Assembly (NCBI RefSeq): GCF_009914755.1
Contig: NC_060930.1
Reading direction: 5' to 3' (one strand)
DNA length: 64,000 bases
Origin: the human T2T-CHM13v2.0 reference genome, Homo sapiens
Positions 28,801 through 45,503 of this stretch are shown here, piece by piece. Below the pieces are notes generated by a model that searched no databases, was not told the origin of the DNA, and was given only the letters and a program-made list of their open reading frames with translations. Each line of letters begins with the position of its first letter. Position 1 is the stretch's first letter. Position numbers and translations under genes: made by a program.

Positions 28801-30039
28801 AGTGGGTTTTTTTTTTCCATTTTACTGTATATGTCTGTATCCTGTGAAGGTTAAGCTATGTTTTTATGTAATCATGGTATCTGCAAATACAGACCATGTA
28901 TGGTTGTGTTTGCATTGGTTAATACTGCAAAGCTCCTTTCTTTGAGGGAGAAGAAGTGATTTTGCAAAACCTAATAGTTGGCCCACAGTGTTGATAAACA
29001 AAAGTCTTCATTATTAGGATATTTTATTCCACCATTTATATAAAATAATTATCAGGGTCTTGATTTGCTAAAAGTCCTTTTGTTTCTTGCTGAGCCCTAT
29101 TTGGCTGTTGTAAGTATTTTATTTACTATGAACCCTCATAAGATTCAGTGGCTATAAAGAATTAGAATAATTATTTCAAGAATGTTTTCTTGATCATTTG
29201 GAACATTTATCTACTTATTTATCATGGGTTTTTGTTGTTGTTGTTTACTTATTTATTTTTGCCTTCCATCCTCAATGTTTTATTGGTTCCAGGACAAGGA
29301 CCATTAGTCCATTTTGTTTACAACAAATTCCACAGAACCTAGAGTAACGCTTGGTCTACAGAAGGCTCTCAATATGTTGCTGAATGGACAGAAGAAAGGA
29401 AGCAAAGGCTTATCCCTAAGTTATACTTTGTACCTGAGAAACACTTTGTTAGAGGCCTGTTTGGTTAATGTGCACATTTAAAATGATATTATGTACATTT
29501 AACCTTGTATACTAGTTCTTATTTATTACATCAGACTCATGGGGTTGTACTTCATTTCTTAAAGAATTCCAGAAACAGAAAGAGTCCTTCATATAGGGCT
29601 AAATTCCAAGGATCTCCAATAGATAAGCTTTGTTTCTGAATTTTTAGGCCTATAGTCTTCAGATAGATTTCAAAACCATCTCTTTGTTAAGTAGCTCTAG
29701 GACAATATTGTGCTTTAAGGTGTCTATGTGTGTGTGTATATATATAGACAAAGTACAATACTCATTCAAAACTCAGTTTAAGGGTGATGAGGGCAACTTT
29801 TCTTCATTTCTTTCATCTTTTCTGTTCTTGTAGTTACAAATGGAGAGTTGGCCTGGGTCCAAGTTAATTCTTCCCATGGCCCTGTCTGTATTGTCCCCTT
29901 TTTTCAGTGGTTAAAGTCTGCAGACTTCAGACTGGGCAGTCGTAGGACACCATCTCCTTGGCCACTGTGACTGGTGAAGGAATAGGTGACCAAAATTGGG
30001 CCAATCAGAGCCCTTCTTAAAGATTTTTCATATCAATAG

Positions 30040-30694
<655 letters not shown>

Positions 30695-31990
30695 GAAAGT
30701 TATTATTTTGGAGGGATTTATGGCCACCTTCTCTACAGAGGAGGTCATCTTTAACTGAAAAAGGGTGAAACCTCTATATTGAGGAATGCTGCAATGCAAT
30801 ATGGAGTCAATCTTGCCAGGTCCCTGCCTCTAGAGAGTCAGTCAATCAACCCCCAGGCTAGCTCCATTTCTGCCACATGCAGCCTGAAGTGTTCCATTCT
30901 TTCTCTCATTCTGTAAGGAATCAGCCCAAGGTCCTTCCAATGAACCACCATTTTCTGTAATCAAGTTAGGTTTCTATTGCTTGCAACCAAAAGCATTCTA
31001 ATTCAACCATTCTAATAGTTTGCAGTATATTATATTTGAAAGAGGAAAATCTACATGTTTTAATAAAGTATACTTTGGGAAAACCCTCCACCTTGGGATT
31101 AGTTTATATATTGTGCTCAATTTTTTAAAATATGTGACATATATTTCATATATATGACATTAGCCACAGACCCTATGTTAATGTCAAGTGTTCTAACCAC
31201 AAAATAAGTGAATGCAGACTCTCAGCCTGAAAGTTGAATGCTGGCAGCCTTCCCTTAGGCCAGAAAAATGAGCAGTTCCACAGCAGCTGTCCTTTAGAAA
31301 CCATACTCCATGGAAGTTTATTTTGTTTTTAATTTTTATAAATTTATGGGGTACAAGTATAATTTTGTTACATGCATAGCTTGCATAGTCTTCAAGTCAA
31401 GACTTTAGGGTCTCCATCACCCAGATAACATACATTGTACCCATTAAGTGATTTCTCATCATTCACTGCCTTCCAACTCCCTCTCCTCTCTGAGTCTCCA
31501 TTCTCTATTATTCCACTCTCTATGTCCATGTGTACACATTTTTTAGCACCTACTTATGAGTGAGAGCATGTGATATTTGACTTTCTGTGTCTGGCTTGTT
31601 TTACTTAAGATAATGACCTCCAGTTCCATCTATGTTCCTGAAAAAAATCTGATTTTACTCTTTTTAATCACTAAATAGTATTTCATTGTGTATATAATCA
31701 CCATCTTTTCTTTATCCAATCATTCGTTGGTTGACTCTATATAGTGCTATGATAAACACATGAGTGCAGGTATCTTTTTGATACACTGATTTCTTTTCAT
31801 TTGCATAGATATCCAGTAGTGTGATCACTGGATTGAATGATAGTTGTATTTTTAATTCTTTGAGAAATTTCCATGTTTTCCTTAGAGACTGTACTAATTT
31901 ATATTCCCATCAACGTGTATAGGATTCTTTTTTCTCTTCATTCTCACTAAAATGTGTTTTTTTTTTGTCTTTTAATAATAGCTCTTCTGT

Positions 31991-32332
<342 letters not shown>

Positions 32333-32606
32333 TTAATTTGCATTTCTATGATGATTAGTGATGTTGAGAATTTTCATACACCTGTAGGAAATTTGTATGT
32401 CTTCTTTTGAGAAATGTATATTCATATTTTTTGCCCATTTTTAATGAGATTATTTTTTGTATTTGTTGAATTGAGTTTCTTGTAGATTCTGGATATTAGT
32501 CTCCTCCTGTTGGATGAATAGTTTGCAAAAATGTTCTCTCACTATGCAGGTTTTCTATTCACCCTATTGATCATCTGTTATACTGTGCAGAAGTTTTTTA
32601 GTTTAA

Positions 32607-33141
<535 letters not shown>

Positions 33142-33582
33142 TAGTGAATCTATTTTCTCAGCACCATTTATGGAAAAGGGTGTCCTTTGTGTATGTTTTT
33201 ATTGGCTTTGTCAAAGATCAGTTAGCTGTAAATATGTGATCTTATGTCTGTGTTATCTATTCTGTTCCATTAATCTATGTGTCTGGTTTTATACCAGTAC
33301 TGTGCTCTTTTGATTACTATAGCCTTATAGTATAATTTGAAATCAAGCAATGTGATGCCTCCAGCTTTGTTCTTTTGCTTAGGACTGCTTTGGTTATTTG
33401 GACTCTTTTTTGTTCCATATGAGTTTTAGAATTGTTTTTTCTAATTCCGTGAAAAATGATGTTGGTATCTTGATAGGGATTTCATTGAATCTGTAGATTG
33501 TTTTGAGCAGTATGATTATGTTAATGATATTAGTTATTCCAATTCATGGGATGTTTTTCCATTTGTTTGTGTCATCTACAAT

Positions 33583-33881
<299 letters not shown>

Positions 33882-35277
33882 CTATTAAAGCATGTTTACT
33901 TGCACCGTGATTTTATCTTTTAAGTGAAATATTTCGGAGAACAGTATAGTAAAAGTCTATGTACCCTCCCTCCTAGCATAAAAATTATAAAGTTCAATTC
34001 ATTTTTTCCTAGTCTTCCCTAACCCAGAGGGCAATTTAGACCCTATGTTAACAGTAACAAATAGTATTTTTTTTAAAAAAATCTGTCCCAAAGGCTAGAC
34101 AACCCACAAGGGTTTCCCTAATTATTTTGGGGAATTGCGTGAGGGTTGCTTTCAAACACAAGGAATTTGCACAACCACATGGAGTACATGGTTCTCTCTG
34201 GCTCTGGCTCTGTCTCCCAGCAGAAATATCTGCTGCCGGTAGCTATGGAAGGCACCTAAGGGCTGCTACTGCCACAGGTGCCGCCTGCAGCTGACGCTCA
34301 CTATTGAAGCTATACTTCTTTGGGTTGTTGGAGTGGTGACAGTGCTCTTATTCTCTCTGGAGGTAGAAAAATCCTTCTCCTCTTGTTGAGATACAGGGAT
34401 CCCAAATTAGTGTGACTGGTGATCACAACATCTCATCAATATTTGGTGAAACAGGCCTCACAGCTGTTCATCAGACAAGTGAATTAACTGACCGATTGTT
34501 GTACTTAGAACCTTTGTCCCTCTCCAGGACTCAAGCATTATCTGAGTCCCAAGCTCACTTTTCCCAGAGAATGGGCTTCTTGAAGGGGCTGCTTTGTTTC
34601 TCAGTACACATACACCATTGGCCAACTTGCCTGTCAATCCTACAGGCCACTCTAGATTCTAGAGCAAACACACTTTAAGTCCCAGCTTGGCTTACTCTTC
34701 TAAGGGAAGAACTCATGTCCATCAGATTTATTTGATGTTATTTTCTGAACAATAAAAGTGTTCAAATAGATTATAGGAACATTGCCTAGGATAATATGGT
34801 ATAGCTGTGGTTTGTGATTTATGGTATATCCATATGATCAGGTACAATGTACAATTTTCAAATGATGATTATGAAAATTATGTAGCAAGATAGTAACATG
34901 GTCATTACATACTTTTAAGTAGAAAAATCAGGATTCAAAATTATGTGTGTATTATGATTAAAACTAGTATTACTTGTGATTACAACTATTATTACTTATG
35001 ATTTTACTTACAAAGGAGTAATTAGAGAACATAGCCATGTTAGGGTGAGGATCATAAGTTATATCATAATGAAAGAATTTATTTTTCAGAATGTTTATTA
35101 CACAAAGTAATAAAATATTTACTATGTGCTAAAAATTGTTACCAAATATTAAGTATTGCATAATCTTTCTGTTTTGTAAAACACTGTCCAAGCACCAGTA
35201 TTAAAGGATCTTTTATCTGTCTGATTACTGCAAGAACCTGGAATCAATAAAATATGGTATTTTTTGTTCATCTCAAA

Positions 35278-35389
35278 CTTTCTCTGTCTCTCTGTCACCC
35301 CCGACTCCTTCTGCCTCTGCCTCTTCCTGTCCTTTTCCCTCTCTCTCTCTCTCCCCCGCCCCCGCCCCCGCCCCCCCCCCCACACACAC
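35278..35389. repeat. Compound (CT)n-(CCCCCG)3-C11-(AC)n simple repeat
   Basis: Read directly from sequence. Confidence 0.9.
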
Positions 35390-35494
35390 GATTTGTTAGA
35401 AGGGAAGATTAAAAACAAATAATTCACCTACAATAATATACTAGTGCCCTTTTAAAGTTTGACTTTTTAAATTAAGCTTTAAAAAGTTTATTAT

Positions 35495-35978
35495 TTAGGG
35501 TCATAGCAGAAAAAAAGATGTCATATTCAAAGGTTTGTCATTGAATACAGTTTAATAATGGGACTCTTTGCAAAGGTATGGGCGGATTAAGGGAACTGGG
35601 AAGGAAGGGTGAGGCACCCAGGAACTAGCAACTGTGGGAAGTCATTACCATTCCCTTGCCTGAAGGAGCAAGGAGGAGGGAATTGTCCTGGAACCTAGTG
35701 AGAGCTACAGCCATGGGAGAGGAGCTGCCAGATAAGAGATGCAGCCATAAAGGAAAAAGCACAGCTGTTGAAACAGAATGGAGAGGGGAGTATATCCTAG
35801 TCTCTCCTCCGGCCTTCTGATTGCCTGCCAGTGCTTCCCACTGGCTAAACCCAATTGCAAGATGGAGGCCAAGGGAGCCTGCTGATGCAGTCCCTAGGAG
35901 TCAGCCTCTCTTGACATAGAGAAGGCAAAGAAGGGTGGAGAATGAATTTGGAGGGGCAAATGGAGAATAACCAGTACA
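35495..35978 (-). mobile_element. Old MaLR (MLT1-like) LTR
   Basis: cttcccactggctaaacccaa...ggccaagggagcctgctgatgcagtcc...ggaggggcaaatggagaataaccagtaca. Confidence 0.5.
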
Positions 35979-36921
35979 CAGCACCCAGCTTCTCCATATC
36001 ATAGGAGACAGGTAAATATCTGTTTAACTACATACAAAACTTCGACCTTGAAGCTGCTGAAAAGTGCAGATAATTTTTAATTGTGCTACGTTTTCCTGGG
36101 CAGGCCTGGAGTTTGGATGGCTGTGTACTCTGCTGATGGAAATTTATGGCTGTGTCCATACACTGTACTTTATTTGCAACGATGCTCTGAAAGTCTTCAG
36201 TTTTCTGCGCAATCCTGGACTGGTCATGTCTCAGCCTGTGACCCAGCTGTTGTTGAGCTGGAGCTCTTTCATCCTGTTTGCCAACTTACATCTCCTGTGT
36301 CCTGTATCCATGCTTTTTTCTTCTTGCACTTTGTTGGAGCACACAAATAGATTCCTTAGAAAGTATTCATGAGAAGCTAATTTTCTGAGACCATTCATGT
36401 CAGAAAATGTCCTTACTCTAACCCTTGACTAATAGTTTGGCTGAGTGTAGAATTTTAGACTAAGAAACATTTGTTTTTCAAAATAGGCCATTGCTTAATT
36501 TTCTTCTCACAATTGTATATGTCATTTTTTTTTCTCTCAAAATTTCTCTTGATCAGACTTTTTGGGATATTTCCTTATCTTCCTAACCTTCTATGTATTA
36601 TTTTTATGTTGGCCAACTATTTCTTTTTAACCTTTGTTTTTCTCACAGCATCCTCTTATTATTTTAAGGATGCCATATATCTGTAGATATGTGTATACAG
36701 TAAATATACACATATATACACAAATAGATACACATATGGGTGTGCATTTTTTAATCTTTCAGGATATGAGTTGTTACTTTTTTAAAAGTTTTACTGTGTC
36801 CTCTGATTTATATTGTTTTCTCCAGTTTTCATTTTTCTGTTTATTTTGGTTTCTCTCTTTTGCCTTATGTATGGTGATTGTCGATTGTTTTTATTCGACT
36901 GAGGCATCAAAAGCCGATCTG

Positions 36922-37312
36922 GATTGTAGTGTATTCACACAATGGAATATTATTCTATCATAAAAATGAATGAAGTACTGATACATGTGGTAACATGGAT
37001 AAACCTCCAAAACATTACGCCAAGTGAGAGAAGTCAACGCAAAAGGTCACATATTGTATGATTCCTTTCATATGAAATATCTAGAATAGATACATTCATG
37101 AAGACAGAATGGAGATTGGTGATTTCCAGGGATCATGGGAAGGGGAGAATGGAGAGAAAGTGCTTAATAAGAACAGAGTTTTACTTTGTAGCGATGGGGA
37201 CTAAATAGAGGTGGTGGCTGCAAAACATTACAAGTTTACTAAATGTCACTGAATCCTTCACTTTAAAATAGTAAATTTTATGTGACTATCATAAAATAAA
37301 TTGATTTTTTAA
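36922..37312 (+). mobile_element. L1MB-like 3' end
   Basis: cacaatggaatattattc...gaatgaagtactgatacatg...ggtcacatattgtatgattcc. Confidence 0.75.
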
Positions 37313-37993
37313 AAGAGCTGCCTAGGAGACCCGTGGATGTGTGGCATGACAAGCAGTGGCCTTCATTTCTGAATAATGAGGCAGCAAATCAATCACTCTG
37401 AGAGGGCCCCAACATTGTTAGTGTGTACATGAGAGGATTTACTCTGGGGCTTTTTCACACAAAAATAGTTCGAATCTCTCCCCTAATGGGCAGCAGCCCA
37501 GTTCACCAAGTTCTTCGTGGGTCTGAGGCCTGCACGTGACATTAGTTCCCATCTTTTGTTCCTTGCGCATCATTCTGCTCTTGCTCTGAACCTGGTTTCC
37601 TGCTCCCAAAGCCTCTCCCTCTCAGCCTCTCCGGAGGCAGAGCACTGGTCCCTCACTGAGCAGGTAGAGACCTTGTTCTCCTCGTAGGAGGGCAGGAAGG
37701 GAATCTTTGGGCTCTCTTCCCTTGCCTCCACCTACTGTGTGCCACGCCAAAAACCTCTGAAGGCCTTGGCACAGCCAGTCAACTCTCCCCATTGGCTGGC
37801 CCTCCCCTGCACCACCCTTCCCGTGGTGAACTGGGACTTTCTTCCTTGGAAACTCATTTCTATCATTCTTCTGATGTTGTGTTTGTGTCCTCCTGTTTTC
37901 TTTGTCACTAGGGTTTATCCTTTTAAAAAAGCTTTTATTATCATTTTAATGCCACCTCAGGAGGGAGAAGAGATAAGCCAGTTTTTGGCTTAA

Positions 37994-38308
<315 letters not shown>

Positions 38309-39142
38309 AACACACGTGTTTAAATAGAAGACTGTATATTTCTTCTGACATCTTGCTGGGAAATTTTACCTCAGAGTGAAAAGAATGTTGTTCAGTTGTC
38401 AGCTCTAAATTAAGTTGTGTTCTCAGGCAAGTTGACAAATTGCCTAATCTTTTCTTATGCCTGATTTTTAACTGTTAAAATGGTGATTGGAGGTGGTTAG
38501 GGATGACAAGACATTGGGGAGGAGGCTCACATCTATTAAATGCCAATTATGTGCCAAGTGAACAATACTTTATTTCCTCAGGCTTCAAGTACAAATTACT
38601 GAAACTAAACTAATGGTTACCTGTCTTGTGTGACTGTTTTTGCCAAGTGTAGATTCTTGTAACTGTCTTTGAAGTAGGTGAAAAATCAAATAAGGTATTG
38701 TCTCCAAAGCCCTAGAACATCAGCCTATGCCTCTATGACAGACTTTTCACACATCATTGTCATTATTCGTTGACATCATTGATTCCCAGCCCCCAACAGG
38801 AAGGAATCCTGACTTATTCATCACCGTGCACAAGAGTAGCTCAATGAATAATGGAATTTGTGGTACTCCTGTTATAAGTATAATAATTTAGATGGAAGAA
38901 AATAAGTGATAAGTATAAAGTGATCTCCGAATGTAATCTCTTTAATGTCAGCTATGACTAAAACTAAGAGCCTTATGTTCACAGATTGCTACTTAGTGAT
39001 GCCATTTTTTTATTAGAAGAAATCGACTGGTACATGTATATTTCATTGTGAGGACCCCAAATCTACTTGTTGGCTTAAGCAAGTTGAAATTTATTTAAGG
39101 AATCTAATTTCAGCAAGAACTCTAGGACTTATAAGAATTATT

Positions 39143-39456
39143 GGCCAGGTACAGTGGCTCATGCCTGTAATCCCAGCACTTTGGGAGGCTGCGGTGGGCG
39201 ACTCACTTGGGGTCAGGAGTTCGAGACCAGCCTGGCCAATATGGTGAAACCCGTCTCTACTAAAAATACAAAAATTTGCCAGGTGTGGTGGTACATGCCT
39301 GTAATCCCAGCTACTCAGGAGGCTGAGGCAGGAGAATCGCTTTAACCAGGGAGGCGGAGGTTGCAGTGAGCTGAGATCCACCACTGCACTCCAGCCTGGG
39401 TGACAGAGCAAGACTCCATCTCAAAAAAAAAAAAAAAAGAAAAAAATGAAAAAAAA
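39143..39456 (+). mobile_element. AluS
   Basis: Full dimer with A-rich tail. Confidence 0.93.
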
Positions 39457-42400
39457 TTAGAAAGTTATATAGCTTTTCATTTTATTTCCCCACCTTTATT
39501 TCTCCCTTCATGTCTTCCAGGGGCCTCCCGGTATCTCTCTATCCTGCATGCCAGCTTCATTCTTTTCTCTCTGCTGACTGCTGCTTAATTTACTCATCAC
39601 CTTGTGCTGGGCTGCTTTAAAATGGTAGCCTCTTCCTGCTGGCTTTCCAGCTTGGCGTCACATAATTAACAAACTCAATATTTGTTCATTCTAATTCGAA
39701 GTTCCCAGGAGGGAGAATAATTGGCCCAGCTTGGGTCAGGTGTCTACTCCTGCTCTTCCATTGGGACAGAGTGTGCAGGTGCACTGCATGTGGAGGGCTG
39801 GGAAAAGATGGCATCTCTAGTAGAGTACATTTGACAGGTCCCTCTCTCTAAAGGAGTTATGATTGTTGTTATTATTTATTCATAAGTAAGGTATTTTATC
39901 CAGAACTTAGTAGAGGAAGGTTAAGGTGAAATGTGGATGGATGTGTTCTCCTTTAGTGTAGCAGGAAAGCCCCCTGGGGTTGGGAATGGTGAGTCCTTTT
40001 TAGACTGTCCTGTCTGACGCTGCTCTTACTATGATCAAATAGGAGCATCACCCCCTCTAGAACTAGTGCTTTTCCTCTGCTTCAGCAAAATTCTTCAAGT
40101 GGTCATGTTGACACTGGTAGCTAACAAAGCAGTTGCAAGCAGAGTTTGGAAAAATGGAGCCTCTGTTACACCAAGGCTTGGAAGCCGCACATGAAAGAGG
40201 GATTGTCACGTTTCCATCTTTGTGATCTCTAAGTGCTGTTTTGCACACAGAGGACACATTTTGTGGCTTGAAATGAGAATAGGAGAGGAGGCAGATTCTG
40301 AGAGAAAGAACACGCATGGGAGAGAGCTAGAGAGTTGCTCCAGAGAGTAAAGTCCACATTTTATGTAGAAAGAGTGGTCCTGGGAGTTGTATAATTAAAG
40401 CATTATATTTATTTATTGTATTATTATTTAGATATACCATCTGTGTATACCAACTCAGAGGCTTTCTCTGAGTTGCTTCAAAATGAGATTCTGACCTGAG
40501 CTTTAGAGAAAGGAAGAAGTAATGATTACTTGTAAGGACAAACATGGACTAGAACTGAAAGCCTGTCTGGGCTCTGAGGCAGCCCTGGGAAAGCGGCTGC
40601 TTATTTCTTCTCTGTGATGGTCAACTTGATCTTATTTTCATGGTATCTTTGGTTTTCTCTTCTCTGATCACATTTTGACTCAAAGCGACACTGTTGAGCC
40701 CCAAGTTCCTGGTTCAATGAATATCCTATAGCCAGGATAGTAGAACTTGTTTTACAGAGTGTACAACAATGCTTTCCTCAGAAAGGGACTGTAGGAGCCA
40801 GGGGAAATAATGGGCATAATGATGCTTAATGAGCTGCTCAGTGTAGTCAGAAGTTGATAGCACTGATTTTTCAGTCCTCCGGCTAACCAGACAGCAAGCC
40901 ACCCAGAGTGTCTTTTCTTGTGGGAATAGTGCTGGGTCACTCTTGTGGCTTCTCTGGGGGACTCATAGATAAGGGCAACCAAGAATGGTCATAGGATCCG
41001 CAAAGGCCATGTATAGAGGGACACCATTTCTTAAAATGCTGCCTGGCTGGAAGAGAAAGTCTTGAGTAGACTCACTCTGTTACCTAAAATGAGATTTATT
41101 CTCTGCAAAAGAGCAGAAAAAAATTCATAGGTAGGGGCACATGAGAGATTTGATGTGAACAAAGGGGATCAAGTGGACCTCACAGTTTTAAATAATATTT
41201 TTTCTCAGAAAAGTGGCCCTATAACTTTCAAAATTGCAAGCATTACAATCTGCTTGAATTTTAAATTTAATAAATGTTCTGTCAACTCCTGGACTTGAAA
41301 TGAAAGTTGCATTAACCAAAGACGTGCCTTTAGATGTAAGTTTAAATAAAGCACCTCTAAAGAAGACTAAAATTCTATGTAATTTTACATAATTAAATGT
41401 AGCTATTTTGTCATACTACAATTTTCCACTCTTCTCCTTATGTCTACAATTTTGATGTTCATCATGGATTTGGATGGTTTATTTCAGTGCAAGCTTACCC
41501 ACATTTGTAGGGTGCAAATGGTAATTATTCTCTACCTAAAGTCAGACAAGATGCCCCAAGTTCTCAGTTTAATGACACTTGGAAGATTTTTAGCAAAACA
41601 AATAGTGAATACTCTTCAAATCTGAACACAAACAATGAAAGCAAAAGTAATTTCCAAAAGGTCACTTTTATTTCTGCTGCTATTCTACCTTTTCAACGTC
41701 CCTATTCTTTTCATTGATGAGAATTTGATTGAGCATATTGGCACTGGCATTTCTGAAACGACTGAGATTACCATACAGTTCCAAGGGTTAATATGTTTTT
41801 GGTTACAAGAAACTGTTTTTTCAAGAGCTTATCTTTAGAAAATATTATTTTCTTGTCTTTTCAAATAAAAGATCATCAGAATGTCAAAGTCTGAAATCCT
41901 ATGAGTCTTTGGGTGCAACTTTTTTCTCATTCCTTTTCTATCACACAAGAAAATTAACATTTTGAATTTTCTATGATTTTGTATAGAAAATTATTCATGT
42001 ACTAAGCTCATTGAAGTTAGAAAAGATGATCTCAATCTATGAACACTGTCATACATACTTTATTGTCATAATATATGAGCATAGCACAGGGCTGTGGGCC
42101 AAGGAGATTACAAAAGAAATGTCCATGCTACCCAGAATATGCAATCCAGTGAAGCACAAGGAGTACAGCAGTGTTTTACAGTTTTCTTTTAAAATAGACT
42201 TAACTCACTAAAAGTCTGAGGAGGTCTACATAAAAATATTGAGATTATGAGTACAAAGAATATGTTAATATGGCAAAAATTACGTAGGTGGCTTGTAGAT
42301 GACTGACATTTGTATAACACCATGCTTACTTATAGTCTTAATGGCATTGCAGTGAACCCCGGGCTACTTCTAAGGAGAACCAAATCACGGTTATTTACTC

Positions 42401-43237
42401 CATTGATTTGCATATATGCAAGGCAGTGGGGTAAAAGTTGCTAACAATTCACAAATACTTCCAACAAACACACAACACTTTCTTCTTTATAAAGTTTGAA
42501 ATAACTAACAATACTCCTACAGTGATATCCTGCCTGTTTTTCTTCTTTTTAAATTCATGTGTGTATGAATCATGTGCAATAAGATTTACAGTGTGTATCA
42601 CTTACATATTTTTATTTTTACTGTGAACTCAAACATGCAATTACCCCAAACCAGAAATGAATAGAACCAACTGAGGAAGAGAACAGCTAGTGAGCATCCT
42701 CAAGACACACCACAAATGACCAAGACTCTGAAGTGAGTTACTGGCAGCCAAGAGGCCTGCAGGGAGGCACAAATCATTCAATCAGGCATTGCTATTGACT
42801 CTGAAGAGGGCATTTGGCCGGGAGGGAGAGGGAGGAGATCCAGGTCTATTTGTGTCTTGATGCAGGCAGGGAGGTCATGAGCCATAAAGTACTGGTGAGA
42901 GGACAGCCCTACTTTCTGATGTTTCGAAGTAATTTTGAGACAAGTATTACTCCATAAGTAAAACGTATTCATTAGTCTATTTCAGAGATAAGTAGACTCT
43001 CACTTTTTTCTTCGAGACTCTTTGTTGTAGACACTGACACCAAAGAGTAAAACTACTCATTTATCAGGAGCCTTAAACTCAGTGGCTTTCAGTTGAGATT
43101 AAAATAAAAACTTGTTCAGACTGTAAAAACAGACTCATGATAACAGGAACAAATGTTGGCAATTCATAGAAACACAGATTTGCTCCTACTTTGGCTTTCC
43201 CCATACAATCAGTGAACCTGTTGAAAGCAAAGTTGGG

Positions 43238-44304
43238 TACTGGGGGAACCCACCCCCAATATTTCAACGGAGGTTCTTTATATTTTCCGTAAGTGTTGGC
43301 CAGCTGAGAAATAAAGAGAGACAGTATAAAGAGAAGAATTTTACAGCTGGGCTACTGGGGGTGACATCACATATCAGTACACCCGTGATGCCCGCCTGAG
43401 CCTCAAAACCAGTAAGTTTTTATTAAGGGTTTCAAAAGGGGAGGGGGTATAAGAACAGGGAGTAGGTATGAAGATCACATGCTTCAAAGGGCAAAAAGCA
43501 GAACTACTAATAAGGGTCTAACAAAGATCACATGCTTCTGAGGGAACAGGACAAAAGGCAAAATCAGAACTACTGATAAGGGTCCAACAAAGATCACAAG
43601 GCAAAGGGCAAGAGCAGAACTACTGATAAGGGTCTATGTTCAGTGGTGCATGTATTGTCTTGATAAACATCTTAAACAACAGAAAACAGGGTTTGAGAGC
43701 AGAGAACCAGTCTGACCACAAATTTACCAGGGCAGAGTTTTTCCCCACCCTAGTAAGCCTGAGGGTACTGCAGGAGACCAGGGTGTAGCTCAGTCCTTAT
43801 CTCAACTGCATAAGACAGACATTCCCAGAGGGTCTCCCCCCAGGAATGCATTCCTTTCCCAGGGTATTAATATTAATATTCCTTGCTAGGAAAGAATTTA
43901 GTGATATCTCTCCTACTTGCGTGTCCGTTTATAGGCTCTCTGCAAGAAGAAAAATATGGCTCTTTTTGCCTGACCCCTCAGGCAGTCAGACCTAATGGTT
44001 GTCTTCCCTTGTTCCCTAAAAATTGCTGTTATTCTATTCTTTTTCAAAGTGCACTGATTTCATATTGTTCAAATACACATTTTACAATCAATTTGTACAG
44101 TTAACACAATTATCACAGTGGTCCTGAGGTGACGTACATCCTCAGCTTATGAAGATAACAGGATTAAGAGATTAAAGAGAGACGTAAGAAATTATAAAAG
44201 TATTATTTGGGAACTGATAAATGTCCATGAATCTTCACAATTTATGTTCCTCTGCTGTGGCTCCAGCCGGTCCCTCCATTTGGGGTCCCTGACTTCCTGC
44301 AACA
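43238..44304 (-). mobile_element. Solo MER11 LTR (HERV-K HML-8)
   Basis: Minus strand begins TGTTGCAGGAAGTCAGGGACCCC and ends ...GGGTTCCCCCAGTA; 1067 bp. Perfect 6-bp TSD GTTGGG at 43232-43237 / 44305-44310. Internal tandem units (aagatcac...gcagaactact.ataagggtc). Confidence 0.92.
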
Positions 44305-45503
44305 GTTGGGCCCAGTAATTAGTCCTGAATAGGAGGCTATAATATAACACATTTGGAAATAGTTGGAAAGCAAATGATCTCAGTACAACTGATATTAGTC
44401 TTTCAGGTATAATCACTCAAAGATGTCTTACAGTATATGCAGTTTGTGCTTTTATTAGTGTGGCGTGTGTTGCAATTTTCTGCAGGCCAATTTTACTCTT
44501 TAGACCAATGCCATAGCCTTGAACCTGGAATAATAAAAGCAGGAATTTTCCTGTTGTTTGGCACTGAGCTCTACTCATTAGCTGCTAATGAAGCAGAAGT
44601 TGTAGAGTCGAGTTCCATGTGGGCCAGTTGGCTTCATGTTGAGAGGAATATCTTTCAAAGACGCAGATTGAATTTCCATCTCTCAGCAACATCAGCCAGA
44701 TGCGTATCATGGGACACAATTTGATCTTGGGGAAAGAGTTTGAATGTTTAGTATACTGTATGCCACAACTATAACTGGAAAGAAAAAACACACCAAATAT
44801 GGCTGTCTAGTGCAACCCTAGCACATGCTCATAGACATAGTCAGCAACATTTCTCTTTAACGGTGAGAGAAAAAAATCCAAAAGGAAAAGAAGGATTAAA
44901 GAATCCAATTTAAACTTATAACCCAAGTGTGCTGTTGACCCTACAAGTGATAATGTGTTATGCATAAAGTGATTTACATAATATTTTCAGTGTTGTTCTC
45001 ACTTTTATTATGCCATAAAAATCTCCCATTTTCTCATTTCATAGTGTAGTGCCCAACGTACAGAGAGTAGAAAACAAGGTACACAAGCCAGTTCCTCTAT
45101 CCATCCATTCATCCATCTAGACTTCCAACACACTTTCTGAGAGTGTAATTTATCCTTGCTGCATTAATATTCTTTTTTCACTCCTTACTCCTTTGGAATC
45201 TAGCCTACAGTCTAGCTACTTTCCCCACACTACTCTCTCAAAGGTTATCAGAAACCACTTAACCTTCATGCTTAGTGTCTATTCTCAACAGACATCTGGC
45301 AGAATTAGGAGGTGAGCCATGTTCCTGGAGCCCTGGCTCTATGCCAGCTGGGAAGGCAGCCATGCAAAGTCTTGCTGCTAACCCCCAGCCCAGCAACAGG
45401 ACTGCATTTAAACAAATAACCAAAAATACTCTCTCTTAAACACTTATCCTGTGACTTTCATGACTCATATTATCCTGGTTCCCCTTCCATTTATTGATCC
45501 TCT

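Noticed and set aside
43470-43635. Repeat-spacer-like array
   Set aside because: Internal tandem units of MER11 in a human context; not CRISPR.
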